This document shows, piece after piece, positions 37,762 to 42,932 of a stretch of 42,932 bases of DNA. This DNA is from Opitutia bacterium (lineage in GTDB: Bacteria > Verrucomicrobiota > Verrucomicrobiia > Opitutales > T3Sed10-336): contig PXDN01000107.1 of NCBI GenBank assembly GCA_003566375.1, positions 1 to 42,932 of the forward strand, in the 5' to 3' direction. The position numbers and the translations under genes are program-made. Every line of letters begins with the position of its first letter. The stretch's first letter is position 1. Under the pieces are notes generated by a model. The model was not told where the DNA came from, ran no database searches, and saw only the letters and a program-made list of their open reading frames with translations.

Positions 37762-39201
37762 TCAGTCGCGCAAACTAAAACGGAAGAAGCGCCGGGGGTC
37801 GGACACGGTCCCGGGGTGGACAAACCGGAATTCGCCCGCCGACCCGGTTTCCACCTCGCCCAGAGGAGTCCAGGTGACAAGGTCCAATGACGTGAAGGCT
37901 TCGTAAATCCGGTCCGGCAAGCCGACCGCCCGCATTTCAAACTCCCCCTCCCCGTTCATTCCCATCTCCAGGATGGTGATGGCGGGATCGTCCTCCGCCC
38001 GCACATAGACCGTGACCCGCCCGTCGGCTTCGCCACCGAAGGGATCGGCCAGCAGGTAGGTGAACACGTCCGTGCCAGTGAAGCCGACTGGCGGAGCATA
38101 AGTCACCATCCCGTCCTCCAGCGACAGAACCGCCCCGGCCGCGGATGCGGTGTCGGGGAGTGAGAGATGCAGGGGATCCCCGTCCGGATCAAAATCGTTT
38201 AGCAGCAGCGTTTCCACCGCCACCGGCAACGGCGTGTCACGGGCCGCGCCCAGGAAATCGGGCCCGGCCACCGGCGGGTGATTGAACGGGATCACCTCAA
38301 TGGCTCGGATAGCGGCGGGGCCTTCCCCCGCGTCGCCGTCGGACAGCACAAAAACCACCGGTCGCACGCCTCCGGTCGGGAAACGCAGGGGATTGGCGAA
38401 GGTGACCGACCGGACCAAAGCCTCGACCGCCGCCAAAGTCGCGTTGGTGTTCAACTCGACCAATAACGGTTCCCCGTCCGTTCCCCCCGCGAAGATGCCG
38501 ATGGACGCCCCGTCAAACCAGACCTCGTCCCCGTCCTCCAGCGTGATGCCGGCCGGGCCGTTTGCCGCAATCCCCAAAACGTCTCCCGGAGCGGCCCCGC
38601 CGTTGATGGATACGCGAAGATACCCGCCCGCAAGCACGTCCGTGTCCGGATCCGCCACGGCGGCCGTCGGATCGATCACCACCACGCCCGCCCCCTCAAG
38701 GTAAACCAGGGGCTCCGGGTTCAACGTGACCGAGGGGGCCGCGGGCACGTGAACGGAAAACTCCCGCGCCACCGCGTCCCGCACCGGAATAAACGGAGGC
38801 TCTCCGGCAAAAATGGAAAACTCCCGCGTCACCGCGTCCGCCACGAAAAGAGGCAATTCCGGCGAACCGGCGAAAAGGGAAAATTCGCGGGTCACCGCGT
38901 CTGCCGCAACAGGGGGCACTTGGGGAGAACCGGCAAAGAGGGAAAACTCCCGCGCCACCGTGTCCGTCAATGCCAGCCGCGAACCAACCGGTCCGGCGAA
39001 GACCGAAAATTCACGTGTTGCGGCATCGTTCGCGGACACGGGTGAGGTATCCCCGAAAAAAAACGTGAATTCCCGAGCCAGCGCATCGGTCGCGTCTGCA
39101 GCCGCCGCGAATCCAACCGCCCGCGCCACCGCCACCCAAACGACAACCCGGGCAAAGCCCGGGAGGATGTGTGATCCGCGATTGACAACTGGGATTCTCA
39201 T
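37762..39201 (-). CDS. Exported surface protein: six REFS repeats, adhesin-type Ig-like domain, Big_9/cadherin-like domain, putative C-terminal sorting domain
   Basis: Atypical signal-like N-terminus; six DAx[AT]REF[ST]xFAG motifs (aa 39-153); YLEG...IDP...DPD...NAT...EALVRSVTFAN...LSDGD domain; NHPPVAGPD..LLLNDFDPDGDPL..YAPPVGFTGTDVFTY; C-terminal YEAFTSLDLVTW...RRFFR. Confidence 0.85.
   Translation of the reverse strand: MRIPVVNRGSHILPGFARVVVWVAVARAVGFAAAADATDALAREFTFFFGDTSPVSANDAATREFSVFAGPVGSRLALTDTVAREFSLFAGSPQVPPVAADAVTREFSLFAGSPELPLFVADAVTREFSIFAGEPPFIPVRDAVAREFSVHVPAAPSVTLNPEPLVYLEGAGVVVIDPTAAVADPDTDVLAGGYLRVSINGGAAPGDVLGIAANGPAGITLEDGDEVWFDGASIGIFAGGTDGEPLLVELNTNATLAAVEALVRSVTFANPLRFPTGGVRPVVFVLSDGDAGEGPAAIRAIEVIPFNHPPVAGPDFLGAARDTPLPVAVETLLLNDFDPDGDPLHLSLPDTASAAGAVLSLEDGMVTYAPPVGFTGTDVFTYLLADPFGGEADGRVTVYVRAEDDPAITILEMGMNGEGEFEMRAVGLPDRIYEAFTSLDLVTWTPLGEVETGSAGEFRFVHPGTVSDPRRFFRFSLRD
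38743..39087 (-). repeat. Coding tandem repeat, six units of 60-63 nt (20-21 aa)
   Basis: DALAREFTFFFG, DAATREFSVFAG, DTVAREFSLFAG, DAVTREFSLFAG, DAVTREFSIFAG, DAVAREFSVHVP, separated by 8-9 aa Pro-containing linkers. Confidence 0.95.
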
Positions 39202-39240
39202 TCGGGTGGCACCTTGCCGTGAAACAGGTTGTGCCTCTTC

Positions 39241-40578
39241 TCAATCCGGAAAACCGGCCAGCACCTGCACGGTGGAAAATCCGTCCGCGACGTCGATTTC
39301 CGCCGTCCAAGTGGAATCCTCGAAGGTTCCCCCCGCGTATTCGGCCAGGACCGTTTCATCGATCCCGGTCCGGCGGATCACGCGCACCGTCAACACACTG
39401 TCCAAGGGCACGTGCGAAGCTTCAATGAGCAAAGAGGCCGGTCCGGCGGAGGGCAGGGAAACATCCGTGTTGGGAAACGCAAGTTCGGCGCGCGGGTCCT
39501 CGGGAACGGTTTTCCCCCCAAGGCTGACCGAACGAATCATGGGCGTTTCCGGTTGGCGAAACAGCCGGGGTGTCTCCTCCGCCACGCCGAGGGAGTAGGC
39601 CGGGTTGCCAAGATCCACCAATTCATTCGTGAAAGTCTCCACGCGGATGCGTCCGACGGCTCCGTTGCCGCCGTTGCGGCCCGCAATACCAGTGCCGCCG
39701 GCGCCGCCAAGCGCCAAAAGCGTGCCGTTGCCCGAAATGTGGTCGGCCACGAGCCGGATTCCACCGCCGCTGCCGCCGCCCGCATAGGTTTGGGTCGTCC
39801 CGCCGCCGCTTGGGCTGCCGCCTCCATTGGCCCGCACTTGGCCGTTGAGGAGGATTGACTGGGAGGTGGCAATCAGAATGGCGCCGCCGCCCGCTCCTCC
39901 CCCGCGGCCGCGGTCGCCCATCGCCGAACCGGCTCCGCCTGATCCCCCGATGAGCGGGAAGACCCCCGGATTGCCGTAGGCGCTCCCCGGACTGCCGGCC
40001 CCGGCCCCGCCCGAGCTTCCCGCGGCACCCGGCGCGCCATGGCCAGCCCCGCTGCCGGCACCGCTGTCGCCTCCGGGGGAAGCCGAAGTGTAGGCGGGGC
40101 CTCCCGGCCCCATGCCGGCCGCGCCGGGGGTTTGCGCGTCGGACCCGCGCCCTCCCCGGAAACCGCCCGGCCCGGGCTCCGAGAAGCCGCGCAGGCCGTT
40201 GAAATCATGTCCCGGCGCGCCGTTCAAAGAGACGGTTCCATCAATGACCACGTCTCCCTGGGAAAGCCAGATCACCGGCGCGCGGGAAGGGTGGTTGAGA
40301 AAGGTGACGGTCACCCCGGACGGGATGTTGATGGAGGAAAATTTGAAGACCACCGCCCATTGCTCCGGATCATAGACCCCCGACCCGCTGCCCGGCGTGT
40401 CCCACGATCCGGTGGCGGCGAGGGAGAGGTCCACGACGATGTTTCCCGCGGGCTCGAAAGCCCCGTCGGATCCGTCGGAGGGAATGGTCAGCGCACCGGC
40501 GGGAGCGGCGGAAAGCAACAGGGGAAGCAGCAGCGGGAAGCAGAGACGAAGAGAGAATGATTTTATCATACTATTCAT
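39241..40578 (-). CDS. Secreted glycine-rich protein of unknown function with a C-terminal beta-rich domain
   Basis: Signal peptide (LRLCFPLLLPLLLSAAPAGA), PSDGSDGAF, FKFSSINIPSGVTVTF, alternating Gly-rich tracts and short strands (PGPGGFRGG, LIGGSGGAG, GGGAGGGAILI, GGGSGGGIRL, GAVGRIRVE). Start at 40578 or 40569. Confidence 0.85.
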   Translation of the reverse strand: MNSMIKSFSLRLCFPLLLPLLLSAAPAGALTIPSDGSDGAFEPAGNIVVDLSLAATGSWDTPGSGSGVYDPEQWAVVFKFSSINIPSGVTVTFLNHPSRAPVIWLSQGDVVIDGTVSLNGAPGHDFNGLRGFSEPGPGGFRGGRGSDAQTPGAAGMGPGGPAYTSASPGGDSGAGSGAGHGAPGAAGSSGGAGAGSPGSAYGNPGVFPLIGGSGGAGSAMGDRGRGGGAGGGAILIATSQSILLNGQVRANGGGSPSGGGTTQTYAGGGSGGGIRLVADHISGNGTLLALGGAGGTGIAGRNGGNGAVGRIRVETFTNELVDLGNPAYSLGVAEETPRLFRQPETPMIRSVSLGGKTVPEDPRAELAFPNTDVSLPSAGPASLLIEASHVPLDSVLTVRVIRRTGIDETVLAEYAGGTFEDSTWTAEIDVADGFSTVQVLAGFPD

Positions 40579-40699
40579 GGCGGACCCTTGTTTCAGATTA
40601 GATAAGCCGAAAGAGTTGCAAGGCAGGTTTGCGAGTGTATAACCCATTCAACATATCCAAACAGACAAGTCAAGCCGCGTAAAACCAGCGTGGGTTGCT

Positions 40700-41491
40700 C
40701 TAAAGAGCCGATGTGAACTCCGTTACCATGCGCGTGAACTCCCCCCGGTTTTCAATGTGTGGATTGTGTCGCCAGTTTTCCACGACGCGGATGTCGGCTT
40801 GGGGAAAGTGCCGCCGGATCAGGGGATGATGGCTTTCAGTCACGAAATCGGATTTGCCCCCAATTAAAAACAACACCGGTCCCTCGAAGGTTTCTCCTTC
40901 CTCCACCGGGGCCGCGCCGGTGGCCTCCAGATCGCGGGTCAACACCGGGAGATTGATCTGCCAGGAGAAGCCGCCCTCCTCCCGGCGATCGAGATTGGTG
41001 AGCAGGAATTGCCGCATGCCCCACGAGGGAATTTCCTTTTCCATCCAGGCCTCGGCCTCGGCGCGGGATTTCAGCCGGTCGAGGGGAAGCGCGTTCATGG
41101 CGCGGAATTCGTCATCGTGGCGCGGTTGGCGGCGGCCGGGGGCAATATCCACCACCACCAGCGCCCGCACCTGGTCCGGTTGGCGGCAGGCCAGGCGCAT
41201 GGCGAGCTTTCCGCCCATGCTGTGCCCCAGGAGAAGGGTTTGGCCGATTCCCGTTCGGTCCGACCATGCCCGCAAATCCGCCTCCATGGCGGCGTAGGTG
41301 TGCGGAGACGCGTGGGGAGACCGGCCGTGGTTGCGCAAATCCGGCGCCAGCACGTGAAAGGAGTCCGTCAACCCGCGGGCGGCGCCCGCCCAGTTGCGGG
41401 AGGAGCCCAGCAGCCCGTGCAAAACCACCAGCGGGGGACGGTCTTCGCCCCCGAAGTCGCGGTGAACCAATTCAACCGGTTCGATTTCCAT
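40700..41491 (-). CDS. Alpha/beta-hydrolase, YbfF/ABHD11-like esterase
   Basis: LHGLLGSSRNW, DLRNHGRSPH, nucleophile GHSMGG, VVDIAP, FLLTNL, GGKSDFV, HNPH. Start placed at MEIEPVE. Confidence 0.9.
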   Translation of the reverse strand: MEIEPVELVHRDFGGEDRPPLVVLHGLLGSSRNWAGAARGLTDSFHVLAPDLRNHGRSPHASPHTYAAMEADLRAWSDRTGIGQTLLLGHSMGGKLAMRLACRQPDQVRALVVVDIAPGRRQPRHDDEFRAMNALPLDRLKSRAEAEAWMEKEIPSWGMRQFLLTNLDRREEGGFSWQINLPVLTRDLEATGAAPVEEGETFEGPVLFLIGGKSDFVTESHHPLIRRHFPQADIRVVENWRHNPHIENRGEFTRMVTEFTSAL

Positions 41492-41548
41492 GCAAAGGAA
41501 ATACGACGAACGCCCCACCCCGTCCAGCCGCGATCTTTTGTAATCCGG

Positions 41549-41693
41549 CTTCAGACTTCAGACTTCAGGCCACAGGTTTCAGGTTCAGCCTTCAAGTTTC
41601 ATCCTTTTCCGCCTTCCGGTCTCAGGTTGGTCTCAGGTTTCCGGTTTCAGGTTTCAGGTTTCAAGTGCAGGTTTCATCCCTCATCCCTCATCC
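41549..41693. repeat. Degenerate 7-bp tandem repeat tract (TTTCAGG / CTTCAGA / CCTCATC)
   Basis: cttcaga cttcaga cttcagg ccacagg tttcagg ... tctcagg tttccgg tttcagg tttcagg tttcaag ... tttcatc cctcatc cctcatc. Confidence 0.85.
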
Positions 41694-42932
41694 TCCCCCT
41701 TCCCCTCCGCGTCGGAGCAGGCTTTTGAAAGCGCCGTTTTGGGCCGCGAGGTTGTCGAACGTTCCCTCCTCCACCAGCCGCCCTTTTGATAACACGACGA
41801 TACGGTCGGCGTTGCGGATGGTGCTCAACCGGTGGGCGATGGTGATGACGGTACGCCCCTTGGACAACCGCTCCAGCGCTTCCTGAATCAGCTTCTCGCT
41901 CTCGTAGTCGAGGGCCGAGGTGGCCTCGTCGAGAATCAATACGCGCGGGTCGCGCAGGATGGCGCGGGCGATGGAGATGCGCTGGCGCTGGCCGCCGGAG
42001 AGGTTCACGCCGCGCTCGCCGAGGGGCGTGCCGTATCCCTGCGGCATGGCGAGGATGAACTCTTCGGCGTTGGCCTGGCGGGCGGCCTCGCGAACTTCCT
42101 CCTCGGTGGCGTCGTGCCGGGCAAAGCGGATGTTGTCGAGCACCGAGCCCGAGAGCAACAGGCTCTCCTGCATCACCACGGCGGCCTGGCGGCGAAACCA
42201 CCGCATGTCGGTTTGCTCCTGCGGCAACCCGTCGAGGCAAATCATGCCTTCCACCGGCCGGTAGAGACCGAGCACCAGATTGGCGAGAGTGCTTTTCCCC
42301 GAACCGGAGGGGCCGACAAACGCCACGTGTTCCCCCGGCTGAATGGTCAGCGAAAAATCCTCGATCACCCGCTTGTCCGACCCGGGGTAACTCATGGAGA
42401 CGTTTTCAAACCGGATCTCTCCCCGCAACGGCACCGGACGGTTTTGCCCGTTCCACTCCTCCACGTAGGCCGAGTCCAGCAGCTCCTTCAGGCTGTTGTA
42501 GCTCTCCTGCCCCACGAAATACTGCTCGCTGATCTGGCCGAGCATCTGCATCGGCATGAGAATGATCGGGAGGGCCACCAGAAACGCGAACAGCGTGCCG
42601 ATGGTCAGGTTGTTGTGCAAAACCAGGATCGCCCCGCCGCCCACGATGACGAGGGAGAGGGTTTGCGTGCTCACGTGGATGAAGGTGCCCAGCACCGAGC
42701 TGAGGCTGTGCATGTGCACCCGCGAGGCCGCCAAATCGTAGCTGCTGACGTCGAGCTGGGTCTCCGCCTGCTTCTCCTCCCCGAAGCTGCGCACCAACCG
42801 CAGGGCGGTGATCAGCTCGTTGGCCGTTCCGGTCAGGTGCTCATGGGCGAGGCGGGCGCGGGTGTGGCTTTCGCGGATTTTGTTGAAAAAATGAAAATGC
42901 ACGAAGCCGTACAACGGCAGCATCAGGAGCAG
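41688..42932 (-). CDS. ABC exporter, fused permease/ATPase (MsbA-like); 5' end outside the window
   Basis: TM segments, Walker A GPSGSGKST, Q-loop VMQE, signature LSGGQRQR, Walker B LILDEATSALD, IAHRLSTI. The frame is open to the window edge. Confidence 0.95.
   Translation of the reverse strand: MLLMLPLYGFVHFHFFNKIRESHTRARLAHEHLTGTANELITALRLVRSFGEEKQAETQLDVSSYDLAASRVHMHSLSSVLGTFIHVSTQTLSLVIVGGGAILVLHNNLTIGTLFAFLVALPIILMPMQMLGQISEQYFVGQESYNSLKELLDSAYVEEWNGQNRPVPLRGEIRFENVSMSYPGSDKRVIEDFSLTIQPGEHVAFVGPSGSGKSTLANLVLGLYRPVEGMICLDGLPQEQTDMRWFRRQAAVVMQESLLLSGSVLDNIRFARHDATEEEVREAARQANAEEFILAMPQGYGTPLGERGVNLSGGQRQRISIARAILRDPRVLILDEATSALDYESEKLIQEALERLSKGRTVITIAHRLSTIRNADRIVVLSKGRLVEEGTFDNLAAQNGAFKSLLRRGGEGGG

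Noticed and set aside
38743-39087. CRISPR array (conserved ~24-36 nt units at 60-63 nt period)
   Set aside because: Units are in frame within a CDS, vary at synonymous positions, are not palindromic, have periods that are multiples of three, and no cas genes are present.
38743-39087. RiPP-like multi-core precursor peptide
   Set aside because: The repeats are fused to Ig-like domains, and no recognisable RiPP modifying enzyme or dedicated peptidase is adjacent.

Overview
GC-rich bacterial chromosomal segment. Gene content, C-rich start contexts that mostly lack a Shine-Dalgarno (SD) site, and the C-terminal motif of one secreted protein suggest Verrucomicrobia/Opitutales; this is inference. 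The left half is mostly housekeeping: xseA, an NhaC-family antiporter, ribF, a CPA2 antiporter with RCK_C domains, Nif3/TPR/PP2C, yhbY, glgA, rnr, a Phd-VapC toxin-antitoxin pair, monomeric icd, a DegT aminotransferase, a serine hydrolase, DJ-1 and a DUF4091/GH123-like protein. The middle holds a 12.4-kb Mrp-type antiporter locus (F-G-B-C-D1-D2-D3-E, then a divergent B-like gene and a second D1'-D2'-D3' triplet) with six MrpD-like subunits and no canonical MrpA. The right part has a secreted M14 carboxypeptidase divergent from an orphan OppA, an esterase, heptamer repeats and a truncated ABC exporter. It also holds the best novel-system candidate: a two-gene unit encoding a secreted glycine-rich protein and a surface protein with six tandem D-A-x-[AT]-R-E-F-[ST]-x-F-A-G motifs, two Ig/cadherin-like domains and a putative C-terminal sorting domain. 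A promoter-hairpin-terminator sRNA candidate lies at about 17.7-17.8 kb. I recognised no rRNA, tRNA, CRISPR array, transposase or integrase. All calls come from reading motifs by eye; no searches were run.
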